The notes under the pieces were generated by a model. The model made no database searches and was not told the origin of the DNA. It saw nothing but the letters and a program-made list of their open reading frames with translations. Below, piece after piece: positions 49,868 to 59,950 of a DNA stretch of 64,000 bases. Positions within the stretch are counted from its first letter, which is position 1. Each line of letters begins with the position of its first letter. The translations under genes were made by a program, and so were the position numbers. This DNA is from Nitrospirales bacterium (GTDB lineage: Bacteria; Nitrospirota; Nitrospiria; Nitrospirales; UBA8639): the NCBI GenBank assembly GCA_965223295.1, contig CBDCWC010000003.1, positions 160,001 to 224,000 of the forward strand. Reading direction: 5' to 3'.

Positions 49868-50785
49868 ATGAACGTACACCGGAAATTTCTTATTCTCGTT
49901 GGATACCTCGTCTGCGTATTCAGTGGCTGTTCCCCGATGATTCAGCCGATGAGCAGTGGCAAGGCCGTGGTTGGATATGAGTCGCACGTGTTCGAACAAT
50001 TGGCCGCCCTCCCACCCCCGTCCGAACCCATTGTGGTCTCAGTGTATAAATTTCGTGATCAGACGGGCCAGTACAAACCCAGTGACACCGTGCTGCAGTA
50101 TTCCACAGCCGTCACGCAAGGAGCCACCTCCCTCTTGATTAAAGCGTTGATGGATGCAGGACAAGGCACATGGTTTACGGTATTAGAGCGAGAAAACTTG
50201 TCAAGTCTGTTAAATGAACGGAAAATCATTCGCCAGACACGCAAGCAGTACACCAATGGAAACAGCACATTGCCGCCCTTACCGCCGCTCCTCTATGCCC
50301 CGATCATGTTGGATGGCGGGATTGTGGCCTATGAATCCAATTTGCTCAGCGGCGGCATGGGAGCTCGATATTTTGGAGCTGGAGGATTCACAGAATTTCG
50401 TCGCGATACGGTGACGGTCGATTTGCGAGCGATTTCTGTGAAGCGCGGGACGATTCTCAAAACCTTGCAAACCCGTAAAACGATCTTTTCTGCCAAATTA
50501 GAGGGAGGGTTATTTCGATTTGTGGATCCATTGCGTCTTTTTGAAGCAGAAATCGGGATATCAAGCAACGAACCACCGCAAATGGCAGTACGGGAAGCCA
50601 TTGAAATGGCCGTGTACGGCCTGATTTTGGATGGAGTCGGCAGCAATCTCTGGTCATTCGCAGATCCAGAAGCTGCCGCCCCAATCATCGCGGATTACCT
50701 TGAAGAAAAAGAAGAACAACTGGTTGCTCAATTGAATACCGCAAAAAACCAAACAGAAAGTTCTTCTTCAGAGTATGAATGGTAA
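49868..50785 (+). CDS. csgG: Curli secretion channel lipoprotein CsgG
   Basis: Lipobox FSGC; VSVYKFRDQTGQYKP, STAVTQGA, ERENLSSLLNERKIIR, SNEP. Confidence 0.95.
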   Translation: MNVHRKFLILVGYLVCVFSGCSPMIQPMSSGKAVVGYESHVFEQLAALPPPSEPIVVSVYKFRDQTGQYKPSDTVLQYSTAVTQGATSLLIKALMDAGQGTWFTVLERENLSSLLNERKIIRQTRKQYTNGNSTLPPLPPLLYAPIMLDGGIVAYESNLLSGGMGARYFGAGGFTEFRRDTVTVDLRAISVKRGTILKTLQTRKTIFSAKLEGGLFRFVDPLRLFEAEIGISSNEPPQMAVREAIEMAVYGLILDGVGSNLWSFADPEAAAPIIADYLEEKEEQLVAQLNTAKNQTESSSSEYEW

Positions 50786-50919
50786 GCGATCATTCGCTTT
50801 GACCAATGGTTGCGTACAATTTTGTCGTTTCTCTCCTAAACCTCTTTCTCCGCTCATCCCCTCTCCCATCTCATGGAGCTAAGAAGTCTGGTCTACACTC
50901 ACACCCCTTTTATACTTTA

Positions 50920-51131
50920 GAGTCTGTTGAAAAAAACCGTCAGCGGCGTTCTCGCCATTTTTCCGTGCTCACGTAGGACCAGTCCGCTCTGTACGCAAAA
51001 ATGGCTGTGGCCTTTCTAGACGGACTCTTCGACAGACTCAGTGAATGCTTTTTGAACCAACCCGAGGCCGCTCATCGTCTACGGGTCCCTGACGAAATAT
51101 GCCCCTTGATATCTTCATTATTCAACACTCC
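50920..51131 (+). mobile_element. MITE-like element, copy 6
   Basis: gagtctgttgaaaaaa ... ttattcaacactcc. Confidence 0.8.
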
Positions 51132-51233
51132 TTTTTATTATAAAATCATTCTCAAGTGTAAGTAATCTTCAACGATTACCCGTGTTCTTACGACTTACCT
51201 ATTGATACGCTTAACGGCAACAGACTTCAAGAA

Positions 51234-51908
51234 GTGAGTCAAAAGATGAAGGGCTATGAAACCTGCAACCCTTACGATTGTAAGGCAACAATGTTCGAAT
51301 TGAGATTAGACATGGGGAAAAAGAGCGAAAACCATAGAAGGATTGCCTTACCATCACAACCCTGGAAGGCGGCTTGGGCCATCGACAAGAGTGAGGATCA
51401 ATTGGCCCATATTGCCGTGGTGGATCCACCTGTATTTTTATGGAAGAACCGAAACGCAGACACCATCACGAGAAATTTCGCTCGTGCTATTCACGAAAAA
51501 AGCCGATTTGCTAAGCAGCCATTTATGACGATCTCCTGTCAATCAAATCCACAGTCTTCCTGGAAACAAGCGATGGCGCAGTTGAAGTTCCGTAGTTCTT
51601 TTGACACGATGAGCATCTCACTGAAAAGTGAACTGGAAACCTGTATCCCCGGGGGCACCCTCTATCTAGATGAGGTCGCAGCCTTACCTTGGGAGCTACA
51701 GCGTGGGTTATTAGCGTTGATTGATCATGACGGGTTGATTCGGTTTGTACGCGCCGATAGACAAGAGGTGGAAGTTCGTATCATCTCAGCCTCAACGATG
51801 GAACTCTGGAACACAATTGCAAAGGGGACGTTGCGTGCAGACCTCTTTTTCCGGCTCAACGTGCTAGCGATGCGAGTCCCCTCCCAAACAGTGAACGTTC
51901 AGGCATAA
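51234..51908 (+). CDS. Degenerate stand-alone sigma54-interaction domain protein 2
   Basis: FARAIHEKS..PFMTISC, PGGTLYLDEVAALPWELQRGLL, EVRIISAS, LRADLFFRLNV; no Walker A or GAFTGA; start uncertain. Confidence 0.78.
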   Translation: MSQKMKGYETCNPYDCKATMFELRLDMGKKSENHRRIALPSQPWKAAWAIDKSEDQLAHIAVVDPPVFLWKNRNADTITRNFARAIHEKSRFAKQPFMTISCQSNPQSSWKQAMAQLKFRSSFDTMSISLKSELETCIPGGTLYLDEVAALPWELQRGLLALIDHDGLIRFVRADRQEVEVRIISASTMELWNTIAKGTLRADLFFRLNVLAMRVPSQTVNVQA

Positions 51909-51931
51909 AAAACATGACGGACAAAAAATCA

Positions 51932-52954
51932 TCACGACTGCCCTAACGTTACGGAAATTGTGCGTTCTGTGTCTCCACGCTGCACTTGCAGAACAACTGT
52001 CTGGCCAGGCTCCGTTCGTTCGATAAGATAGTTTTTCAATTGGGCGGGGGTCGTAATGGGAAACTCATCAATGGCCAGTAAGATATCCCCTTTTCGAAAT
52101 CCAGCATGCCGTGAAGGACCCGTAGCTTTTGCCACGCCTAACACCCAACGGCTTCCTTCCTTAATCGTTTTAAGCTGAATGCCAAGGATAGAAAATCCTG
52201 GAGCTTTACCGTCTACCGCTGCATTGACGACGCGTTTGACTAATCGTCCAGGAAGCGCAAAGCCAAATCGGCTACATCCTCGTTCCGCCTGTAAGTTTTC
52301 CGTTTGAATAATGGCATGAATCAAACCAACCACTTGCCCATCCATATTGAGAAGACCGCCACCGGAGTTGCCACGGCAAGCTGAAAGATCCACTTGTACT
52401 AACCGACTCTGGACAGTCGGCAAGAAGGTGTTCGGATTTCCAACTTTTCCAAAAGACAGCGCGGGGCCTCGGCCCATCGGATAGCCCACGGTATACACGT
52501 TCTCGCCATAGGTTACATCCTGCTCAGCAAATTGCACGGCAGAGACTGGCCAATCCGATTCCTCTCCTTGCAATTGATACACAGCCACATCCATATAAGC
52601 GTTGGCTCCTTGACGAATAGCCGGTAACTCTCTCACATCATCGGTCAGGACATGAATCTCTTCAGGGACACCAACCTTTCCACCTTCTGAACGCTCAACA
52701 GCATGCCGCGCTGTCAGAATAATACCATTCCCTAAATGAATGCCCGTTCCTCGAATCTTAATGGGAACGCCATACCCTTGCTCCTCACTTTCCACGGCAT
52801 TGGCCTGAAGAATACCCACTGTTGCACGCTTCGAACGCTCAATGACCTCAGCCTGACCTTGAGACGATTGTCTCTCAGCAAAAGTTTCAGACAGCCCCAT
52901 GCTCAGATAAACAAGGAGTAAAAAGTAAATAGAGTGCCAAACTCTCATGCTCAA
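51932..52954 (-). CDS. HtrA/S1C trypsin-like serine protease with PDZ
   Basis: LTARHAV, DVAVY, RGNSGGGL, C-terminal PDZ. Confidence 0.9.
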   Translation of the reverse strand: MSMRVWHSIYFLLLVYLSMGLSETFAERQSSQGQAEVIERSKRATVGILQANAVESEEQGYGVPIKIRGTGIHLGNGIILTARHAVERSEGGKVGVPEEIHVLTDDVRELPAIRQGANAYMDVAVYQLQGEESDWPVSAVQFAEQDVTYGENVYTVGYPMGRGPALSFGKVGNPNTFLPTVQSRLVQVDLSACRGNSGGGLLNMDGQVVGLIHAIIQTENLQAERGCSRFGFALPGRLVKRVVNAAVDGKAPGFSILGIQLKTIKEGSRWVLGVAKATGPSRHAGFRKGDILLAIDEFPITTPAQLKNYLIERTEPGQTVVLQVQRGDTERTISVTLGQS

Positions 52955-53014
52955 CCCTCATCAGATTTGGGTATCAAGAAAATGCCTGTTTTGTCTCAGA
53001 ACACTCAAAAACAT

Positions 53015-53593
53015 CTACTGGGCGGCAGCCTCAGTAGAGAGATGGAAGGAAAGGGATCGCAACTCACCAAACAATTCTTTCATCTTCTGAAAAGAATAGT
53101 GCGCATTTCGTCCACTTGGATTCGGCAACACAAAGACCGGAACTCCGGCCAACAGCTCTGAGTGTAGACCCGTCTGCATGGAATGTCGACCTACCCGCTT
53201 TTTGTCACTTCTCGGATGGTCTATGGGCCATAACACTCGGGCGACACTTATCCCCAACACTGCCACAAGTGCAGGCTGATACTGTCGAATTTTTGTGAGT
53301 AATACACGGCGTCCATTTTCAAAATCTTGCCTTGTTAAGTCAGAAATACCTGCCGTGGGCTTGGCAATGAGATTCGTGAGACCATACCCGTAGTCCAGTA
53401 GACGTACATCATCATTGGAAGTCATCATCTGTGGAACAAACCTGGCTTCAAATAGCAATTTCCAAAATCGATTTGAAGGTCCAGCAAAATGATGCCCCAC
53501 CTCAGAAGACCGAAGTCCAGGGTTGATACCAACAAAAAGAATGGACAGACCTGGGGCAAGGTAGTCTGGGAGTCCTCCACGAATACCAGACAT
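53015..53593 (-). CDS. mug: G/U mismatch-specific DNA glycosylase
   Basis: VGINPG, HHFAGPSNRFW, LPNPSGRN. Confidence 0.9.
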   Translation of the reverse strand: MSGIRGGLPDYLAPGLSILFVGINPGLRSSEVGHHFAGPSNRFWKLLFEARFVPQMMTSNDDVRLLDYGYGLTNLIAKPTAGISDLTRQDFENGRRVLLTKIRQYQPALVAVLGISVARVLWPIDHPRSDKKRVGRHSMQTGLHSELLAGVPVFVLPNPSGRNAHYSFQKMKELFGELRSLSFHLSTEAAAQ

Positions 53594-53662
53594 AGAATGC
53601 TCTTAAATTGAAAATAACGAAAATTTAGAATGGGGAAACGATAGGAAAGCGAACACCAGAAT

Positions 53663-54313
53663 TTATTGAGCCATCAGTTGCGCTTGAATCTTAGAAAATG
53701 TTTCTTCCGCTTCGGGAAGTAGATCCTCTCGTTGCTGTTCTTTCGCTAACTCCAATGCGCGCTTAGAAAGTTCATAGGCTTCCTGATGTTGACCTCGTTC
53801 TGCACATTGACGAGCCACAACCATTCGAGCATTAATTGATTCTGGCTCTTCTTGAATGACTTGCCGCAACATGACTTCACCTTTCGCGTCATCACCTCCA
53901 AGAAATTCAGGCACCTCTATTAAAATCGTACCCTTAGAAGACAATGCGTCGAGGTGATTGGGGTTCAGGAGTAGGGTTTGATCCAAAGCTTCCATCATCC
54001 GTCCATATTCAAAGGGGGAGAAAAAGACCTCCCCTTCAGCCCTCATGCGTTCGCCAATACTACAAAACAAGGCAAAATGTGCATCGGCAGATTGTTCATC
54101 CATCGCAACGGCTTTTTCTGCTAACACACGCCCACGGTCAAAATGCACCTGCCGAATTTCCGCAGTTTTCGCGCGACGGCCTTTTTGACATTCCTCCATA
54201 GCCTGGGTCGTTAAAACCTGAACAGAATCTTGTGCCCACCCATCCGGCACGCCCACGACACACCACACACACATCACACACAGGCTTATGAATTCATATA
54301 GACCACGTCGCAT
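53663..54313 (-). CDS. Secreted TPR-like protein
   Basis: Signal peptide; helical repeats; PEFLGGD. Confidence 0.75.
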   Translation of the reverse strand: MRRGLYEFISLCVMCVWCVVGVPDGWAQDSVQVLTTQAMEECQKGRRAKTAEIRQVHFDRGRVLAEKAVAMDEQSADAHFALFCSIGERMRAEGEVFFSPFEYGRMMEALDQTLLLNPNHLDALSSKGTILIEVPEFLGGDDAKGEVMLRQVIQEEPESINARMVVARQCAERGQHQEAYELSKRALELAKEQQREDLLPEAEETFSKIQAQLMAQ

Positions 54314-54962
54314 AAACCTCTCCTCAACAGTATCACTTACGGTCGTTACCTTCTCGGCTTTTTTGATGAAATTGTGAGTCCAGCGAGGGGGAAAACTCTG
54401 TGTTTATAGCATATATCCACCTTCTTTGCCAATATTGATGAATCAGCACCATTCCTTGAAATTCTTTGCCGTTTTTTCACAATCGTCGCATGAGGTTAGT
54501 TTTTCTAGTTATTTTTTCCATATGAAAAAGAATTTCTTTACCTTCAGTTCAGTCACAATTCAGTCGAAAAAGAGTCATTAAGCACACAATGCATGAGAAT
54601 GATATGTTCACTGAGAGTCGCTGAAAGTTCTAGCCGACCATCAAGCCCGCAATTCTACAAATTTTCTGCAGAAAGGAAAATCTCGGAATGGAGCAGGAAG
54701 AAATCCGGCAATTATGGGCAGAAGGGGAAGACTGGGTGATTAAACTCCAAAACAATCAGTATTTCCATCGGCCAGATCAAAAGTATGGAGATTGGATCCC
54801 CGGCTTACCACAAGGCGTCTTTCCTTCAGACGTCGCCACGCTCTTCGAGGATTAACCACTGCCAGTGAATATCTGATCTCCAGAATCAGATTCCAGGCAC
54901 GAACCACACTCTGTTTTGCGACCCCTCTTCCCAAGTCTACATACTTCCAGCTACGCTGACCC

Positions 54963-55358
54963 ATGCGTTTGCCTGGACGAGTTATCGGTCTCCTCAAAGA
55001 ATACATGTATGATCTCGTGGAACAAGCCAAGCAAGAAGAGGCCGCTCAAGCGGCTTTTGGATTTTCCACACAACCATACCGTCCCGATCAGGCGATTTCC
55101 GACTTGTTAGCGATATTGGATGACCGCATTGAATCGGAAGGCGTCCAAGTGGGCCTCTCCGTGGATTTTCTTCATCAGATGTGGACCTTGTGCAATTCCG
55201 CCAACACAGAAATTTCCAACACCGTCTGGCTCAAGAAAAATATCGACGGAGGGAAAGGGTCAAAAGCGGAAGTACGAAAACAAACTTATCAGGCACTGAT
55301 CACCTATCTTGAATCCCTTCCTGAAGATCATCGGCCAGAAGGCTCCACCCCAAATTGA
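54963..55358 (+). CDS. Hypothetical protein
   Basis: 131-aa ORF with protein-like composition. Confidence 0.7.
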   Translation: MRLPGRVIGLLKEYMYDLVEQAKQEEAAQAAFGFSTQPYRPDQAISDLLAILDDRIESEGVQVGLSVDFLHQMWTLCNSANTEISNTVWLKKNIDGGKGSKAEVRKQTYQALITYLESLPEDHRPEGSTPN

Positions 55359-56191
55359 AGCGCGATCCATCCCTCTCTTTTTCTGACGGCGTACTGAACC
55401 CAACCATGAGTCATGAATTTTTCTACGACGTCAAATTGATCTTCTTCCAATAGGCCTGACAAAAACAATTGTGTTCTTGATGCCCGAAATCTTGAAAATT
55501 CAGGAGAGATCTCAAGAATGGTGTTTCGATCGATATTCGCCACAATGATCTCAAAGGCCTCACCAGGAAGTTCATCTATGCGGCAAACCCGTAAGTCAAG
55601 CTCATTCCCAAAACCATTCACAGCGGCATAGTCCCTTGCACAATCAATGGCCACAGCATCATGATCAATGCCTAAAGCCGACATGGCTCCTAGGCGCAAG
55701 GCCACCATACTCAAGAGACCACTTCCGGTGCCAATATCTAAGATTCGACAACCAGGGATAGGAAACAAATCTTCCAGCCATTCAAGAAGCAGGTGTGTTG
55801 TCGCATGATGTCCAGTTCCAAACGCTTGCTTGGGATCAAGCACAATTTCAATTCCATCTTCCGGTAAATCCACCATTGCCCAACTGGGCCATATGCTAAT
55901 TCGTGTGCCGATCCGAATCGGCTTCACTGATGCCGCCCACTGAGCATTCCAATCTTTCGAAGCAACGATGTGTTCTTGAATTTCCTTCTCCGTAATCTTC
56001 GTACCCAGTTGAGCAAGTGCTTCATGAATGTTATGAGCCCTATCGTTCCCACTCCCCTCCCAATACATGATCAGCGATTCATTCTCCTCCCATAGACCCA
56101 AAAACTCTGGACAGGCCAGGAGCCCCGATAGCTCACCGCCATCCACACAGGCAGGAATAGTCACTTGAAAAATTGAAGAAGACTTAAGCAT
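55328..56191 (-). CDS. prmA: Ribosomal protein L11 methyltransferase
   Basis: DPKQAFGTGHHATT, LDIGTGSGLL, VANI, LSGL. Confidence 0.9.
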   Translation of the reverse strand: MLKSSSIFQVTIPACVDGGELSGLLACPEFLGLWEENESLIMYWEGSGNDRAHNIHEALAQLGTKITEKEIQEHIVASKDWNAQWAASVKPIRIGTRISIWPSWAMVDLPEDGIEIVLDPKQAFGTGHHATTHLLLEWLEDLFPIPGCRILDIGTGSGLLSMVALRLGAMSALGIDHDAVAIDCARDYAAVNGFGNELDLRVCRIDELPGEAFEIIVANIDRNTILEISPEFSRFRASRTQLFLSGLLEEDQFDVVEKFMTHGWVQYAVRKREGWIALQFGVEPSGR

Positions 56192-56236
56192 GCAGATATT
56201 TGACGGAGATACTAATAGGGGCTAATGTCTCCAACT

Positions 56237-56426
56237 GGTACTGTTGAATAATTCACTTTCAAGTTACAAAAAGGCCTTCAGAGCCATGATAACTTCAATT
56301 CGACGGAAATGGTCAAAAAAGTCCGTCCAGCAAGGCCGCAACTATTTTTGCGCGCGGAGCGTACTGGCACTACGTGAGCACGGAAAAATGGCGAGAACGC
56401 CGCTGGCGGCTTTTTTCACCATTCCC
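56237..56426 (-). mobile_element. MITE-like element, copy 7
   Basis: ggtactgttgaataat ... gctggcggcttttttcaccattccc. Confidence 0.8.
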
Positions 56427-56433
56427 TAACTGT

Positions 56434-58284
56434 ATGCATAGCCCACGGACTGACCAGCGAGAACAAGCTTTAACCCGACTCCTGCGTCGGGCTAATCGGT
56501 TAGTGATACAAGGAAAGGCCGCGAGTCAGCGATTCAGTCGTTGGAGGCTAACTATTTTTTTACTCGGCACAGCTGTCTGCATTGGCTTCTATCAATATGC
56601 ATGGTTTCATAGCGGTAATTTCGCATTATTGATTTTTCTGACAATTTTTCTCACAACCACTTGGTTCCATCAACAATTAAAATTCCGCCTACATCGTCTA
56701 GACCTTTGGATCACGATCAAAAAAGATGTGTTGGCGCGGTTGCAGTTGCATTGGGACAAAATGCACGTTCAGACCCATCAACCGCCACCTCACCACCCCT
56801 ATGCTTTAGATCTGGATCTTGCCGGCCCCCATTCTCTATTGAGTCTTCTTGATACCACATTTTCATCGAGTGGCCGCACCCAACTTCGAGACTGGATTTT
56901 TCAGGCAAACGATCCCCGACCCGACGAACTAAACTGGAAAGACCGGCAAACGTTCGTACGTGAACTGACACCGCTCTCTCGTTTGCGAGACCGATGTCTC
57001 CTCGCCACGCGCCTTATAAGCCAACACCCATTAGATGGTACCCGCATTCTTTCACTGCTCCAAGAACCCATCGCCATTCGCAATCTTGCCATGACCGTGG
57101 TAGCGACTTCCAGTCTCTGCGCCCTCACAATTATATTAGGTCTCTGGACGCTCTCTACCGGAGCACGAAATCTATGGGTATTGACCATCCTCATCTATGG
57201 CGGCTTGTATTTTTCTTTAGCCGGCTCAATAGGCCCGCTCTTTGGTCGAGTCCTGGCGCTTCATGTTGAACTGGAAAAACTCGCCAGCGTCATGACGATA
57301 CTTGAACAATCAACCTTTACTCATGCACCAACAATCCGGCAACAATGCCAAGAGCTCCTCACACATGCGCAGCGACCAACCACCTGTCTCAAGCAATTGG
57401 GGCGCATCTGCCAAGGGCTCAGTGTCAAAGCGCACCCGCTGATTCATCTGGCCTTGAACGCCCTTATTCCATGGGACCTTGTATTTGTCAGAAGATTAGA
57501 TCGACTCATCAAGAACTTGCAACATATACTTCCGACATGGTTAACGATTATCGGCAGATTAGATGCCGCGAGTGCGTTGGCCAGATTTGCCTACATCAAT
57601 CCTGACTATCAATGGCCTCACTTGGAAGTTGTCACGGAGACAGACCCACAACCTGGAATCACCACACAAGAACTTGGCCATCCACTCATTGCGCGTCAAC
57701 AGCGAACCGTTAACGATCTCACATTACGCGGAGAAGGCCATATTCTCTTGGTCACTGGGTCGAATATGGCAGGAAAAAGCACGTTCCTCCGAACTGTGGG
57801 CATCAACCTCTGCCTCGCCCAAGCCGGCGGGCCAGTCTGTGCCGCCACATTCTCATGGTCCTGGCTAGAACTCTATTGCTGTATCCGTGTGACAGATGCC
57901 TTGGATCAAGGGCTTTCGTACTTTTATGCTGAAGTCAAACGGCTGAAACTCATTTTAGATGCGGTACAAGCCATCACCACCCAACCAGTTTTGTTTCTCA
58001 TTGATGAAATTTACCGGGGGACCAACAATCGTGAACGACTGGCAGGCAGTGAAGCCTTCGTGAACGTGCTTCAACAAAGTCGTGGGCTCGGCATGATCTC
58101 AACGCACGATTTGGAACTCACTCGTCTTGCCGACAACAACGGCCACATTCGAAACGCACATTTTCAGGAATCAGTAGAAAATGGCACACTTCAATTTGAC
58201 TATAAATTACGCCCAGGCCCGTGTCCCACGACTAATGCTCTTCGCATCATGGCTCAAGAAGGCCTGCCCGTTCCGAAGGAATAG
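56434..58284 (+). CDS. Membrane-anchored MutS-like ATPase
   Basis: TM helices; TGSNMAGKSTFLR, SYFYAEV, IDEIYRGTN, STHDLEL. Confidence 0.88.
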   Translation: MHSPRTDQREQALTRLLRRANRLVIQGKAASQRFSRWRLTIFLLGTAVCIGFYQYAWFHSGNFALLIFLTIFLTTTWFHQQLKFRLHRLDLWITIKKDVLARLQLHWDKMHVQTHQPPPHHPYALDLDLAGPHSLLSLLDTTFSSSGRTQLRDWIFQANDPRPDELNWKDRQTFVRELTPLSRLRDRCLLATRLISQHPLDGTRILSLLQEPIAIRNLAMTVVATSSLCALTIILGLWTLSTGARNLWVLTILIYGGLYFSLAGSIGPLFGRVLALHVELEKLASVMTILEQSTFTHAPTIRQQCQELLTHAQRPTTCLKQLGRICQGLSVKAHPLIHLALNALIPWDLVFVRRLDRLIKNLQHILPTWLTIIGRLDAASALARFAYINPDYQWPHLEVVTETDPQPGITTQELGHPLIARQQRTVNDLTLRGEGHILLVTGSNMAGKSTFLRTVGINLCLAQAGGPVCAATFSWSWLELYCCIRVTDALDQGLSYFYAEVKRLKLILDAVQAITTQPVLFLIDEIYRGTNNRERLAGSEAFVNVLQQSRGLGMISTHDLELTRLADNNGHIRNAHFQESVENGTLQFDYKLRPGPCPTTNALRIMAQEGLPVPKE

Positions 58285-58406
58285 TGAAAAGTTAGAAGTA
58301 AAAAGAGGGGTGACGAAAAAACGAAAAGCAATAAGAAGGCTTGAGATTTCAGACACAAACCTAGTCTTTGGCGCAGCAAAAAGTACTACTACCTTTTTAC
58401 TTTTTC

Positions 58407-58679
58407 TTACGGCGCAATCAGCCCGCCACTCTGGGCTTGATCAGTTTTTGAACCAGTCGACGTCCCACATTGCGCACAAATATATTCGTAGAGATTCCCA
58501 CTGGGCAGGACCAACAGCAACCGCTCGCGAGCAGGAGTGGCCGTCTGACATTTGGGACAAAACAGCAACGAAGCCCGAAGCGAGTCAAACTGCTTGGGAT
58601 CATCTTCAGGCGCTGGAGGACGGCGGGGCCGCATTCCATGAGTGGGACGTGAACCGCCAGGAAATGGAGGCATCGGCAT
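58407..58679 (-). CDS. Small zinc-ribbon protein
   Basis: CPKC ... ERLLLVLP ... CAQC; start uncertain. Confidence 0.7.
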   Translation of the reverse strand: MPMPPFPGGSRPTHGMRPRRPPAPEDDPKQFDSLRASLLFCPKCQTATPARERLLLVLPSGNLYEYICAQCGTSTGSKTDQAQSGGLIAP

Positions 58680-58732
58680 GGCTGTGATCTTATCCAAGCA
58701 ATCCCCATGGGTCAAGAATATCGCACATCATG

Positions 58733-58886
58733 CCTCATCTCACCTCTGTTCTACTCCTCTCCCTAGCAGTGAGAGGATAAAGGTGAGGGTGGAGAGTTTC
58801 AACAATCGATGAGCATCAATTGAAAGTCTCCAGGCCTTTTAATGCCTTACCCCTCATCCCAACCTTTTCCCTACTGGGGAGAAGAA
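58733..58886. repeat. Degenerate CCCTCTCCC/GGGAGAGGG-type intergenic repeats
   Basis: cctctccctagcagtgagaggataaaggtgaggg and cccctcatcccaaccttttccctactggggagaag in inverted arrangement. Confidence 0.55.
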
Positions 58887-59230
58887 GAACAAAGAAAAAT
58901 GGACGTCTTTGGCACACCGAAATCCTAGGGTATTGTCACTTTCAACTGGGAGCTCTCAAAATTCCTTCTCCTTGAGTTTCACCAGGCAACAGACCGTTCC
59001 AACTTTGACGAGCTCAGCATGAATGGTTTGAAGGAGCATCAGCTGTTGTGCAACATGCAGCAGGACCAGCTTCCGTAGGGGGTCGACCCAAGGAGTCGGT
59101 CTCAAGTACCTGCTATTTCTTGGAATCAATATTCAATACTCTCATCGGGTAGATTGACCGATAGGTGCCCGACGCAATAGATTATAATCCTTGACTATAG
59201 TCCTCATGTTTATGAACGAAGATAGATATT

Positions 59231-59473
59231 ATGGAAACCGTTCCAATTTCCAAATTTAAAGCCACGTGCCTGGCGCTGTTAGATAAGGGCAAGCGTACTG
59301 GACAGCCAATCCTTGTCACTCGGAAAGGTGATCCTATCGTCCAAGTCAGTCCTCCGACTCCATCTCCTCCAACCAAACCCTGGCTCGGTTCAATGAAAGA
59401 GACGGGGGAAATCCATGATGATATCGTGGCGCCACCAACCGATTAGGCAGAGTGGGACGCTCTGAAACTTTGA
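59231..59473 (+). pseudogene. Phd/YefM antitoxin with a premature stop near the C-terminus
   Basis: ISKFKATCLALLD..ILVTRKGDPI; TAG at 59444 followed by in-frame AEWDALKL*. Confidence 0.75.
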
Positions 59474-59868
59474 ATCTGTTACTTGATACGCATATTTTTT
59501 TGTGAGCGCTGCTCGAACCTTCTCGACTCAGTTCACAGGTCAGAATCGAACTGGAAAACCCAAACAATAGTCTGAGGCTCTCTGCACTCACGACATGGGA
59601 AATCTTCGTCTTGTCCGACAAACGAAAGATTACCTTGACGTGCAATCCTCTTGATTGGATTCAAGACGCCTACAAACGAATTCCTTGTCATGAAGCTCCA
59701 CTCAATCGTGAAGTGGCCATCCAATGTCGCAAGCTCATTCTCTCTCACCAAGACACCGTCGATCGTTTTCTGGGTGCAACAGCCCAGGTATATGGGCTCA
59801 CTCTCGTCACCGCCGACAAATGGTTACTGCAATCGCACGAGTTTGCTACGCTTTCTAATTCCGCATAG
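59470..59868 (+). pseudogene. vapC: VapC/PIN toxin with a nonsense codon
   Basis: LNLLLDTHIFL*ALLEP..TWEI..HQDTVDR..LVTAD; TGA at 59503-59505 where Trp is usual. Confidence 0.85.
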
Positions 59869-59950
59869 CGCCTTCTATCAACTTGCCTAGTGTTGTCGTT
59901 TCACAGCGCAACGAGGCCTCTACCTTCACCCAAGTCCACCTAAAAACCGT

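Noticed and set aside
54787-54882. Possible structured RNA closed by ggagattggat / atctgatctcc
   Set aside because: Only one imperfect stem and no family motif recognised; insufficient without covariation data
59503-59505. TGA at a Trp position in vapC as evidence of recoding
   Set aside because: Many intact genes here end in TGA and use TGG for Trp; neighbouring TA genes are also decayed
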